Positions 23,974-36,916 of a stretch of 64,000 nt of DNA are shown one piece after another. The stretch covers positions 130,262,001-130,326,000 of the forward strand of contig NC_043000.1 of assembly GCF_006345805.1 (NCBI RefSeq), read 5' to 3'. This DNA is from Octopus sinensis. Lineage: Eukaryota. The translations under genes and the position numbers were made by a program. Under the pieces are notes generated by a model that searched no databases, was not told the DNA's origin, and saw only the letters and a program-made list of their open reading frames with translations. The first letter of the stretch is position 1. Each line of letters opens with the position of its first letter.

Positions 23974-24526
23974 TTGGGTTGTCCGGAAAGTTCGTGCCGA
24001 TTTATAGTAGCTTACGGTTCGACTTGTTTTAGAACATGATTGAGTGCATAAAATAGGATTTGACTACACCTCCATTTAAAGCACATTTTCGTGAAAGAAG
24101 GTTTATGTTCCTATAACCTGCGTTAATTCTGTAACCCTTTCAAATGGAAGATAAAAAAGTCCATTTTCGGCACTTGATGCTTTGAGAACCCGATAAAAAT
24201 TGCTGCAGCTCGGCTGGAATGTGTTACCCACCCTTCATATTCACCGGATATTGCTCCTTTGGATTTCCACTTATTCAGGTCTCTGCAGAATAGTCTTAAT
24301 GGTAAAAATTTCAATTCCTTGGATGACGTAAAATGATACCTTAATGAATTCCTTACCATGAAACCACCTCAATTCTGGGAAGAGGGTATTTTCAAGTTAA
24401 AGGAAAGGTGGAGACGTATTGTGCAACAAAATGGTTCATATTTGGATGATTAAAAATGTAATGGCAAGCATTTATTGACCTTTTTCTTTCCTTTAAAAAT
24501 CGGCATGAACTTTCCGGACAACCCAA
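23974..24526 (+). mobile_element. Mariner (mellifera-like) internally deleted element
   Basis: 30-bp TIRs (29/30 match) flanked by TA. ATG at 24144 starts MEDKKVHFRHLML, joined by a deletion to LGWNVLP..YSPDIAPLDFHLFRSLQNSLNG..WEEGIFKLKERWRRIVQQNGSYLDD* (ends 24453). Contains stops and a frameshift. Confidence 0.95.
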
Positions 24527-25809
24527 TATTTTTCTATAAATAAAACGTTTACGTCCACTGTTCAGAATTCGTAGCAAAATTGATAACAGTATACTTCACT
24601 GTCTACGTCTAATAAAATCGAAATGTGTTTGTCCACAATGATCAAATACATTTTCTTGAGCAGAAAATTTAATTTTCAGTGAATTCTGAATTTTTTATAA
24701 TAATCTCTTCTTTTCATTGAGTGGAGCATGCAACTTCAATTAGGCTTATGGTTTTCTTCATCAGCAAAATAAATAAAGAATTGAATAAATTCGCTGATTT
24801 CCTTCATTTCCAGATTAATTTGCTTGATGGCAGTGTGCTAATTGACTAAAGCATGGACATAGCGAGTAGGAAGAAAATTTTGATTTATGTATGTTTAATA
24901 ATCGTGCATAAAAAATAAGCGTATAAATAGATCCGGTAGTAAAAAACACAGCATAAAGGGTTTGCAGACTTGTCAATAATCTCTAGTTCGTACGGCTCTA
25001 CAAAAGATAAACAAGTGAACAGGGACGCTTTTACAAGATCACATGATATGCAAGAATTTGAAGCCTGTTCTTTTTCAAATACTACAGTAACGTCGTAAAA
25101 TGATTAAATATAGAGAATAAACTAAAACTTAGGTGGCAAGAAAAAAAACAAAAAAAAACGAGGCTTATCAAACAATATATTCACTGATTACAAAAAGACT
25201 TTTCGCAACACATAGTGAGGTCCTCGGATAAGGACAATAACTAACAACTTACTCGGAGGCAGTTAAATACTTCTAAAGCAAAGAGTCTTGCAAAATTTTT
25301 TTAAAATATTGTTTATCAATGAGAAACACTTAGAAATTATCCGGCAAAATACAAGATTTTACAGGAAAAATTACAATTTACAATGATAGTAACAGCAACG
25401 ATAAAAACCGGAAATACAGTTATTACCTCCCTTGTGAACATCACCTATCTGTATAGAATACATATAAAAGTAAATGTTTCAGAGAGCGAAATAAAATTCG
25501 TAAACGTGACAGAAAAAAAAAGAAATTCTACAATAAAAGAATAAAGCTTTAAAATACCCTTTTGGAACTAAAAGATTTTATCATCACTGACGATAATAAA
25601 CCAAATGGCATTTTACTGCCAGAACACAACATAGTATTTCAAACTACACTCAAATCAGAGTATATAGACCACTTTACACCATAGAAATAAAAAAAAAATA
25701 TCTTATAAGAAAGAGAGCTACACTAAGAATGGAACGTTTTCAAAATAAAAACTAAAACGGCAGCAGAGGATATACGTCTCTCTCTCTCAGCCATTTACGT
25801 ACATACATA

Positions 25810-26217
25810 CTCTTTTACTCTTTTACTTGTTTCAGACATTTGACTGCGGCCATGCTGGAGCACCGCCTTTAGTCGAGCAAATCGATCCCAGGACTTATTC
25901 TTTGTGAGCCTAGTACTTATTCTATTGGCCTCTTTTGCCGAACCGCTAACTTACGGGGACGCAAACACACCAACATCGGTTGTCAAGCGATGTTGTGGGG
26001 ACAAACCCAGGCGCACAAACACACACAAAAGCATATGTATATAGCACATATGTACGACGCGCTTCTTTCAATTTCCGTCTACCAAATCCACACACAAGTC
26101 TTTGGTCGGCCCGAGGCTATAGTAGAAGACACTTGCCCAAGGTGCTACGCAGTGGGACTGAATCCGGAACCATGTGGCTGGTAAGCAAGCTAATTACTAC
26201 ACAGCCACACCTGCGCC
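25810..26217 (-). mobile_element. SINE family A, full length
   Basis: tRNA-like head (A-box tgtagtaa/tgtggtaa, B-box-like gattcagtccc on the minus strand), internal CA tract, hairpin tail and (CTCTTTTA)n end. Confidence 0.95.
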
Positions 26218-27606
26218 AATACATACGTATTATTATTACAAAGAATGGAGAACGTATCCTTAATGCATCAATTTGCAAGTGTTTCATAGAACTTCGATTT
26301 CATCAATCGTATTATGCCACTATTGATTCTTAAAGTGAAGAATCAATATATTATTGTATGATATATCATGATTTATGAAATCGAATTTAGATGAAACAAT
26401 TGTAAATTGATGCATGAAGAAGATTTGCGTACCCCGTTTTTCTTGTTTGTAATTGCAAAAATTATGATATTTGTGGATTTTCAGATGTATTGGATAAAAG
26501 AAACAATCTACGGATTACTATCTTGTCAGATAACCTATTCTTGTGGATGAGTGATGAGCTTCCTAGGCTACACTCAAGCGTCAATATCCAAATGGAATTG
26601 TATATATTATACGGAGACATCCACTAACCTCGCCATACGTCCTATCTGGTTATAGAATTAAATTTCGACATTCTAATACACACATATGCACTATCACTGG
26701 GAACAAATTATACGCACCTAAAACGTTTCAAACAGTACAACGCCAATTTTAAACAGCTCTTCTTCCAGACAAATCATATTCCGACTTTTCTCGGATCAAC
26801 TTTCACTTTTCCTCATAACATACTCTTACATCAATAAAGAAAAAAACAATGACTAGTACAATTTCTTTCTCCTATTTTTTTATATATATATATATAACAT
26901 GGGCAGAATGGAAATATTTCCAACAAGAAACAGTATCTAACTTTTTCAGAATTCGATAACACCACAGTCATGTTCTAGTCATGCTGCACAGTTACATCAA
27001 AACTAATTAAGTCAGCTAGATTTAAGTTGTAGTGAAATAGTTGCCTCTACAACACATTAGTAAGCGAAGAAGCCGCTACCTACAATAATGAGCAGCAACA
27101 TTTTCTTTGCATCACTCTCTACCGCCTTATCTATGACTTGGGGACACTAGTCAGAGCAGTTATTCATACTTTATGAATAAAGATCGAAGGGTCATAGATA
27201 AACTATCCTGATCATAAGCCTTCTCGTTCAGGATTAAAGCGGGGCAAAACAACAAATACAACAGACCTAACAAATCACTATCATCCATTTTACCAATAAC
27301 ACCGCAGGGCGTATTGGGGGTATTTATACCCAATAATCGCATTAAAAATAAACATGAATTTACTAAAACAGATGAGAAATATAAAAGGCGAAGCGTCTCC
27401 ACAACATTTGTAACAATCACAAAACATTTAGACCAGTACCAGGCCCCACATTTTGCCAGCAGAAACTACTGCTATGGTGTACAAAAATACATATGATCCA
27501 TCATAGTCTTTACTACACACACACACACCGCACACATACTAGAAATGAAAAACAATGGGAAAACGTGAGTGTAGGTTGTTGCTGCAGCAATCATCAAACT
27601 CAACTC

Positions 27607-27647
<41 letters not shown>

Positions 27648-27714
27648 TATTAGAGACAAAACCACTATTTTGCAAAACAAACAAGGAAGTATATATATAT
27701 ATATATATATATAC

Positions 27715-27895
27715 TGTAGGGAGAATTCACAAAAGAAAATACAAAAGACGAAGACATGTGGTGTAGACAACTAACAGATGAATTAGTATAACGCTCGGGA
27801 AGTGAAAAGGTCTTTAACGTTTCGAGCCTACGCTCTTCTACAGAAAGGAACAAAGAAAAAACAAGGAGAGAAAATAAAGAATGTGTATACAATGA
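27715..27895 (-). mobile_element. Hammerhead-bearing repeat family H1 (Penelope-like terminus?), copy 1
   Basis: Homologous to 55370-55535. Its 3' end (minus strand) abuts (TA)n. Confidence 0.65.
27811..27848 (-). ncRNA. Minimal hammerhead-like motif with non-canonical core CUGUAGAA
   Basis: Minus strand reads cttt-CTGTAGAA-GAGC(gtag)GCTC-GAAACGTT-aaag. Confidence 0.5.
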
Positions 27896-29682
27896 AAAGA
27901 AGAGAAAGAAAGTTTTTTTTAGCACATATCTAGTTATGAGTTAAACATGTTTCCGTACCATGTCCATTTGCAACGCCAGTTTACGCGAAAATATATGTTG
28001 TTTTAGACACTGGAATCACTTCCTCAGATTTGCATCAAAGTCATGCTATTATATTGTGTGTCTATCAGAGCTTGTTAGAAAAGTACCGGGAGAAAATAAA
28101 ATGGTAAAAATTAAAAGTATGTATGTGGGATGGGTCTGTAGTGAATCAAGAGGGTGGATATGTATAATGATAGAAGGGAGAAAGGGAAGGAAGGGGAGAA
28201 GAAGAAGAAGGAGGAAGAGAAAAAGGAGAAGAAGAAGAAGAAGAAGAACCAGTACTATCAGAGCCACTGTTACCAAGGGACGTCCGAGGGAAGACGATGT
28301 ATTTAACACCGGTGCAAATGGAGACGATACGAAAACATGTGTAACTTATAATTAAAGATGTGTTAAAGAATTTTCTTTGTCATCTTTTCATTGGATTATT
28401 CACTCTTCACTAAACCACATAATGGTACAATCGCCGTAAAACTTGGATTTTCTACACCAGAAGTAATCCAGCCTTGGCTTTGGCTTGGATCCCACCAGTG
28501 TTGATAGCCTAGGATTCGGGTCGAGTGCTTTTCTGGAAACACCTCAACTTCACACCCAAACTGACTTTATATATATATTCTGGTCAATATTTATATATAT
28601 ACTGGAACAACTCAAAGGTGTTTACACGCATACACACACACACACGCGCGCGCCTTACTGTCTTGAAGTGTTTCGCAAACTTGTGATGTGTTATTCTAGA
28701 TATCCACGCATAGATAGATTTGCAGTTTTCTTAACCTCAGCAGTGTTGTATTAAGCGATGGTAGTAGTGTGGTGCTTGTAAATTTAAGCAATTTAAGCAA
28801 GTTTTCAAGATACATATCTTAACATGGAAGTGAGGAATTTACTTGTCAATATGTTCACGGTCGCCATTTTAATTCCCGCTTTCCTTTCTCTTATTTTATC
28901 AAATAGTGATAAGTTTCTCCGCTCGTGATGACCGCAGGCGGTCTGAACAGAGAAAGCACAGGACCGAGACAAATACTGCACGATATCCTGTCCAAAGCTT
29001 TGGCAATTATGCTAGTCCACAGCGCTGAAATGGTAATGTGTTTAGCGATCCCGAAATGATGAAAGGAACGCTCAGGGTCAGTGACATTTGAATACCAGGG
29101 GAACTGAATCGGAATAAATGAGGTGAAAATTCCATTCAAAGCCTGAGAGAATTAATCCGCCTTCTACACACGTTTTTATACCACGTTGTACGTGTGGTGG
29201 TTGAGTGTATATACAATATACAACACCCACACATGATCGAGTACATATCGAAATTTACTATTTATTAAATTCTAATCGTATTAATAAACGCAATATTAAA
29301 TATTATTCAGTAGAGTCGTAGCTTCTTTCTCTCCCAATATGATATTTACATGTGAATAATGCTTGATATGAAAATCTGTTTATACTTGAATATGTAATTA
29401 TCATAATAGTTATGTAGGCAGACATATACACAAAAATACATTAAACGCATATTGATTCAGACAGAGGTACATTGAAATAAACAATTTCTGTCCTTCTGTA
29501 GAGGTGGTATAGATAGACTTGCCTTCTTGCAATCCTGTCATAACGTTTCTCTTCAAAGATATAGTCACAAATGATATTAAATAATGAATAATACGGCAAA
29601 TAAATACCACATATATCTTACTGTTAAATGTTATTTATTATTTAATATCAAAGGTGTATGTGGTATTTATTTGCGGTATCAT

Positions 29683-30105
29683 GCAGGAGGGGCTGTGTGG
29701 TAAGTAGCTTGCTTACCAGCCACATAGTTCCTGGTTCAGTACCACTGCGTGGCACCTTGAGCAAGTGTCTTCTACTATAGCCTCGGGTCGACCGAAGCCT
29801 TGTGAGTGGATTTGGTAGACGGAAACTGAAAGAGGCTCGTCGTATATGCGTATATATGTATGTATATAGTACATACATATAATGTATGCATGTATGTATA
29901 TGTTTGTGTGTCGGTGTTTATCCCCGCAACATCGCTTGAAAACTGATGCTGGTGTGTTTACGTCCGCGTAACTTAGCAGTTCGGCAAAAGATACCGATAT
30001 AATAAGTACTAGTCTTACAAAGAATAAATCCTGGGGGTCAATTTGCTCGACTAAAGGCGGTGCTCTAGCATGGCCGCAGTCAAATGGCTGAAACAAATAA
30101 ACGAA
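29683..30105 (+). mobile_element. SINE family A, full length
   Basis: Matches the consensus from head to tail. Confidence 0.95.
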
Positions 30106-31379
30106 TACAATGCACTGAGATTGGTTGGATTGTATTTGGAAATGGTGTAAATATTTTGTGGTTTTACAATGTTTCTTTTAGTCATCATACTCAGTGCAGC
30201 AATTATTAGTTTGAAATTTCAGAAGGGAGGAAACAAAGAGACGTTTGGGTTAAAATAAAGACGATACAATTGCTAGCCTACAAGCCTTGATAGAAGCGTA
30301 TAATCCTTTGAATCAAAATTCAGAGCTGATTCCGTTAAAATGCAAAGGTTCAGAACAAAACACTAATGATATTTGATTCAGTGCCCTGGTGTTTGTGCGA
30401 CTTCACCAACATTTGTGCAGCAATAATTTGTTCTTCACATCATAATTTTGCTTATTCCAATATCGTGATATACGTATTTTATTAATTCTGTAAACCCTCT
30501 AGCAATATTGTCCCCTTCTTTTTTCCTTCCCGCTATTCATTATTGTCGCCATCACCATCATTATTTTTAACATTATTATTATATTATTATTGATATTAAT
30601 TTTAATTTAATTTATCTCGTCCTTTGTACTCTAAGTAAGAATATGGCGCGTGAAGCTATTTCCCTTGGGCGCTGAACTTTCTAATTGAAAGTTTATGAAT
30701 GGAGGTTCAAATGTTTACTTGAAGCAACTACAAAATAAACAGCAATAAATAAGCCGGAAATTGAATGTATAGATACATAAAAATACACACACATACACAC
30801 ACACACACGTATAACCATCTTGCTGACGTCAATACTGTAACATGAGCAAATTGTTAGTAATTTATAGTCGTTGGTAATAAAAGTGGTAGATTGGCAGGAT
30901 CTGTAAAATGTCGGGCGAAATGCTTTCTAGTATTTAGTTACGCCTGTTTGCGTTCTACGATTAAACCCGACCATGGTCGACTTTTGAATTTAGTAATCCC
31001 AAGGTCAATGAAATCAGTACTGGCAGATTAAATCAACAATATCCGTTCGTCCATATTTAAAGCGTAGATTATATATATTCTTGTATCACTACCCAGTATC
31101 TGAGCGGTTATCAATGGAAACTATTTCAATGTATACATCGTTTATCTACTCCTGACTCTCAAGTCGAATATATCATTAACACAGTTTAGTTTCAGTACAT
31201 TTCATTAGCTGTGCTTCTGCTTTCATTTCTGAAGTGTCAGTTTCATTTAAGGGATTAACACTGCGTATTTGCTGGTTTGAGATGTGTTATACAGGATATA
31301 GATACATGGGTAGATTAGCAGATTTCATACCCTAAGCAAGATTGTGTTAAAGAGAGCAATATGTGTGCTTATATATATA

Positions 31380-31783
31380 CTCTTTTACTCTTTACTCTTT
31401 TACTTGTTTCAGTCATTTGACTGCGGCCATGCTGGAGCACCGCTTTTAGTCGAGCAATCGACCCCGGGACTTATTCTTTGTAAGCCCAGTACTTATTCTA
31501 TCGGTCTCTTTTGCCGAACCGCTAAGTGACGGGGACGTAAACACACTAGCATCGGTTGTCAAGCAATGCTAGGGGGACAAACACACATATACATATATAT
31601 ATATATATATACATATATACGACAGGCTTCTTTCAGTTTCCGTCTACCAAATCCATTCACAAGGCATTGGTCGGCCCGGGGCTATAGCAGAAAACACTTG
31701 CCCAAGATGCCACGCAGTGGTACTGAACACGGAACCATCTGGTTGGTTAGCTAGCTACTTACCACACAGCCACTCCTGCGCCT
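31380..31783 (-). mobile_element. SINE family A, full length
   Basis: Matches the consensus from head to tail. Confidence 0.95.
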
Positions 31784-32194
31784 ATATATGTTATTTTACT
31801 TGTTTTAGTCTCTAGACTGCGGCGATGCTGGGGCGTTGAATCGAATTAACTAACTCCTCTTACTCCATCATTGTTTGCAGATCAACCATAGCCATAAACA
31901 CTACAGAGTGATTCAATAAATACTTGAAAGCTGAGCGACCGAACTCCATGAGAAACAATTTGTTGCCCCTGAAAATTTAGGCCCTAACCCTCACTTCCAC
32001 ATCACCCACAAGCATGCAGATCCACTTCAATCACTGTCTTAGGAAAACTGTCTCTTGTATTCAATATAGACAAGCTTGAAATTACATACATACAAAAATA
32101 GCAACCACAGCAGCAGTAATATACCCATTATCCTAATCCTTTGGCAGTTATGAGTACAAATGATGATACATGTTAACGAATCACAATTTCTTCG

Positions 32195-33375
32195 GTCCAG
32201 CCATGTTCGGAGGAGGAGACATTTTTAGCTGCTTTTTCTAGCAGGGCGAGTGACCACGCAGAAGCTCTTTCCTTAATTCGTGTTGGGTTGGTGGTGATAT
32301 GTCGATGATGGGGTGCGGAAAAATATGACGGGGATTTGATGGTGATAATGATAGTCTTGTAAGTGACAGTGGTAGAAAAGATGGCGATAGTGATGTTCGA
32401 AGAGATAGAGGTGATTGTGGTGAAGGTCGTGGGTACTGTAGTGTTGTCGGTGGTATTAGTTGTTATTAGAAGGTGGCGCGCTGGCAGAAACGTTAGCAAG
32501 TCGGGCGAAATGCGTAGCCGTATTTGGTCTGCCGTTACGTTCTGAGTTCAAATTCCACCGAGGTCGACTTTGCCTTTCATTCTTTCGGGGTCGATAAATT
32601 AAGTACCAGTTACGCACTGGGGTCGATGTAATCGACTTAATCCGTTTGTCTGTCTTTGTTTGTCCTCTCTATGTTTAGCCCCTTGTGGGTAGTAAAGAAA
32701 TAGGTATTAGTTGTTGTTTGTGGAGATGGTTGCTGTTGCCATACTGGTAATTAGTATAACTTGTACAAGAACGAAGAAGGAAATAGAGCCATCGCAGTAT
32801 TCCTTGATTGCAATTTTATGCTTCGGAAGTGCAATAACCCATCAGGCAGTCAACTACTGGGTGGAGGCATAGCATATAAGAAATAATATTTCTGTGAGAT
32901 ATGCATCGTTGTTTTACTGATTACCATGTCATATGTCTGTCCACTTTTAGAAATTGCCTGGTAACGGAATTGAAATGAAATACTGAAGAATATTTTGTAC
33001 ATTGCTCTACCACTTTCTATAACTCTATCCACCATCAGTTCAGCTACCATTTCTGGTACCGTATGTACTTTTTTTCGCCATAACATCACCACCAATGACA
33101 ACAGCAACAAATAACAACAACTAGCATCACCAGCAACACTACAATGTCTCCGGCCTTCCCCACAACCGCCTCTGTCTCTACGAATATTACCATCGCTAAC
33201 TTTTCTGCCACCGTCACTTACACGACAATCATTATTACCATCAAATCCCGTCGTATTTCCCCCCACCCCACCATTGACGTATCGCCATGAATCCTACACG
33301 AATTAAGGAAAAAGCTTCTGCGCGGTCGCTCGCCCTCCTAGACAAAGCAGCTACAATTGTCCCCTCCGATATGCT
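32195..33375. repeat. Divergent inverted duplication: arms ~32195-32750 (interrupted by SINE B) and ~33085-33375
   Basis: gaagctctttccttaattcgtg (left arm) versus cacgaattaaggaaaaagcttc (right arm). Similarity extends ~280 bp through the ACC/ACA-rich part. Confidence 0.85.
32470..32702 (+). mobile_element. SINE family B
   Basis: Full unit. GGTATTAGTTGTT is repeated on both sides (probable TSD). Confidence 0.95.
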
Positions 33376-33390
33376 ACCATCTAAAGACAG
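33287..33390 (+). CDS. Candidate first coding exon MNPTRIKEKASARSLALLDKAATIVPSDMLPSKD, product unknown
   Basis: gccATG context, open frame and strong donor AG|GTAAGG. The peptide is conserved in the inverted paralogue. Confidence 0.25.
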
Positions 33391-34012
33391 GTAAGGTTAT
33401 CGGAAAATGTAGTCCTAGAAACACGATACATGAAATGAAAAGTGAGGGAAGTTGCAGTGCTTGCTCAACAGTTTACACGATCAAAGTTGAGTCGGAGATA
33501 AGCAACAACAAAAACAATTAAAAGTGAGGCATTGTTCAAGAGGAATTTGATTCCTTGATTACAGAAAGAAGTTCAAATAAATCACAATCGAGTAAATCTA
33601 TTATACAAAGAACTCAGGTAACTGAAACATATCATTCAGAACCTTTTTTATCATATATGTTTCTATGAGCTGGGTAATAGGAATTTCTAGAAATATCCTC
33701 AGATTCCATGAATTTTCTCTAGAGTGTGATTACCCTCCTCTAAATGAAGTTTCTCACTTCATAAAATAGTTATTATACCCCAGGTTGTATTATGCTTATG
33801 ATTTCTAAAATAGAACAAAGCATGAAATATTGTTATACATGATTACCACAAACTAAAAATTTTAAAAATTTCGTAATAAATGAATGAAAAACAAAACAAA
33901 AAATTATGTATAATATATGTATCATTTTCTTTATTCCTTAAATCAATGATCTAACCCAGCCAAATATTATGAAAAAATGGTTATCTTCCTTGTATTAATT
34001 ATCCACTAAAGG

Positions 34013-34072
34013 ACATCTGTTGCTAAGTAACATCTGTTGCTAAGTAACATCTGTTGCTAAGTAACATCTGTT
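34013..34072. repeat. 17-bp tandem repeat ACATCTGTTGCTAAGTA x3.5
   Basis: Seen directly; sits at the tail end of a SINE C copy. Confidence 0.95.
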
Positions 34073-34074
34073 TC

Positions 34075-34388
34075 AGCACAACCAATCGTCATCTGCGATT
34101 GGCAACATGAATAATTTTTTGTCAATCGTTTTACGTGCCTATATAGTGACGGGTAGACAAAGACACCCTCGCAATCTCGCGCAAATTGACCCAGTAAATC
34201 ATTTGGTATAGGCAAGCTATAAGGATAGAGGGAACACTTGCAGGGGTTGGTACTCATTTCAGGAAAGAATACTGGAGCAAGCAGAAATGAAGTATCTTTT
34301 TCAAGAACACAACACTCCGCCTGGTCATAGCGTTGAACCTATGATATTATCATTAAGTGAACACCCTAACGCAAAGGCCACGCACCTT
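34075..34388 (-). mobile_element. Diverged SINE family C with another tail
   Basis: gtactcatttc..aaatgaagtatctttttcaagaacacaacac..ggccacgcacc matches the C domain and head. Confidence 0.65.
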
Positions 34389-34623
34389 AACTGGCATAAG
34401 ATTGTAGACTGAAATGGTCTGCAAATTCATTTTACGTATTGAAACATTTGTTTTTTACTTGTAGCATCAACATCCCAACTGGTAGACGGTTAAATAAAAC
34501 TGGCTAACCATTTATTGAGTAACTATGAAAAGTCAAGTTTACTATATTTATTTCACAAAATAAAAATAAAGTAGGAAGTGATTGATGAATATATAGTCAT
34601 TATCAAATGGAATTTTCAACAAT

Positions 34624-35040
34624 AGGCGTAGGAGTGGCTGTGTGGTAAGTAGCTTGCTTTCCATCACATGGTTCCGGGTTCAGTCCCACTGCGTGGCACT
34701 TTGGGCAAGTGTCTTCTACTATAGCCTCAGGCTGACCAACGCCTTGTGAGTGGATTTGGTAGACGGAAACTGAAAGAAGCCCGTCGTATGTATATATATA
34801 TGTATGTGTGTGTATATGTTTGTGTCTCTGTGTTTGCCCCCACAACATCGCTTGACATCCGATGCTGGTGTGTTTATGTCCCCGTAACTTAGCGCTTCGG
34901 CAAAAGAGACCAATAGAATAAGTACTAGGCTTACAAAGAATACAAAGAATAAGTCCTGGGGTTGATTTGCTCGACTAAAGGTGGTGCTCCAGCATGGCCA
35001 CATTCAAATGACTGAAGCAAGTAAAATAGTAAAAGAGTAA
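34624..35040 (+). mobile_element. SINE family A, full length
   Basis: Runs from aggcgtaggagtggctgtgtggtaag to gtaaaagagtaa. Confidence 0.95.
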
Positions 35041-36692
35041 TTTGATATTTATTTCCCTAATGGGACAGTTTCCATAACTAATCTACTCAGCATTGAGACT
35101 TTAATCCACCTAACATCCAAGGATACATCCATCTTCAACTTCCTGTTTACACTATATTGATGCCGAGGTTTTGTCAAACGCTGATTATATGATATTACTT
35201 TGTATTCATTAATTCTTTAAACACATCTGCATGGTATCCTTCCTAACACATGTCACTCTGACTGATATACTACCTATTTACAGAATTATGTAAATAGGAA
35301 ACGGGAGTTTAATCAATTGACAACGAATTAAATGTTAGAGTGAACACATAATTATTTTCCATTTTATCATTATTTTCCATCCATAACACTAATTTATTCA
35401 GAAAAATAATATCTCTATAGATATCCGCTTTTCAACCCGCCTTCACACACACACACATAAATTATAGTTTTTGATATGTATGTGTGAACACAGCGAATAA
35501 AGCAAACTTTGAGAGTGGGAGGTTGGTTGTAGCAGAATTAAAATTTGAGTTTGTATGTCACTCTCCCTCTCTTACAGTTGTTAGAGACATTCTATTGGCA
35601 ACGTTACTTATCCCCGCCTTACGCTATCTTTCTATCGGTAAATATCTCTCTGTAATATCGCCCACGCTATTTATTTCCATCCCTCATACATACTCTCTCT
35701 CTTTTTTCCGTCTCTTACTTCATGAACTCTCACATCAAAATCTGAAGATTCATGGTTTTTCTTAGGAAATATACTATAGTAGTTTCCTGATACTTTCTAG
35801 CAGTTCTTTTGTAGCTTATTCTGTTTCTATCCTGCATTCTCGAGCTTACTCTTGAGGTACAAGCCCTATCTAATCTTAATGAATAAACACTGGTTCACGT
35901 GACATCGAAATATGTCCAATAAAAGGTGGACCTGTATAATAACAATAGTTAAACCTCCGATTCTTATATGACCGTCTATTACTAGTTGACCAATACTTTC
36001 TGTCCGTGAATGCTACTACAACCCAGGTAAGAACAGACATAGAAGTATTGGTGAATTAGGAGGGAACCCAATCTCGTCAGAACTTTTAAACACTTGAACT
36101 GTTGTTTCATCACTAAATGTGGTGCAATGTCTTACTTGACCATTTATAAGCACGATTCCTAAGATACGCACATTCTCATTCCCGACATATGCCTGTTATA
36201 GAACGCATAGCAGTTCTATCGAGAGCTATCAATCATTATCTCGTTCATATTTTGCCAAGAATTGAATGACATTTAAATACCTCGGTTTGTATAAGTTTTA
36301 TCTCAATATACTGGTGTGGGGTGATATTGTTTTACTTTGAATTCTATTCTGTTTTTATTAAATATTTTTATGTACATTTTCTCCACTCATCTCAGGGTCA
36401 AATTTTATGATATCATTATTGATATAATTACAACCACCTAAACCTTCATTTGAATTTGTATGGATGTACACAGATGTATATTTTCAAACTCACTTTTGTA
36501 GTTAAAAGATAAAAAAAAACATCCACCAATCCCTGTTCTCAGCACAACGGGGGACAAGGGCCTAATCACCGGTGAAACAGAGATGTTCTCGCTAAAATAG
36601 AAACGAATCTACCCTTATCGGTGAGGTGGTGCACCTTCAAAAAGGTTCATCTCAGGTCTGTAGATTCCGTTGATTTGCGGAATATCTTATAT

Positions 36693-36916
36693 ATTTCTTT
36701 ATTGCCCACAAGGGGCTAAACATAGAGGGGACAAACACAGACAGACAAAGGGATCAAGTCGTTTACATCGACCCCAGTGCGTAACTGGTACTTAATTTAT
36801 CGACCCCGAAAGGATGAAAGGCAAAGTCGACCTCGGCGGAATTTGAACTCAGAACGTAACGACAGACGAAATACGGCTACGCATTTCGCCCGGCGTGCTA
36901 ACGTTTCTGCCACCTT
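36693..36916 (-). mobile_element. SINE family B
   Basis: Matches the consensus; CTTATATA occurs on both sides. Confidence 0.93.
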
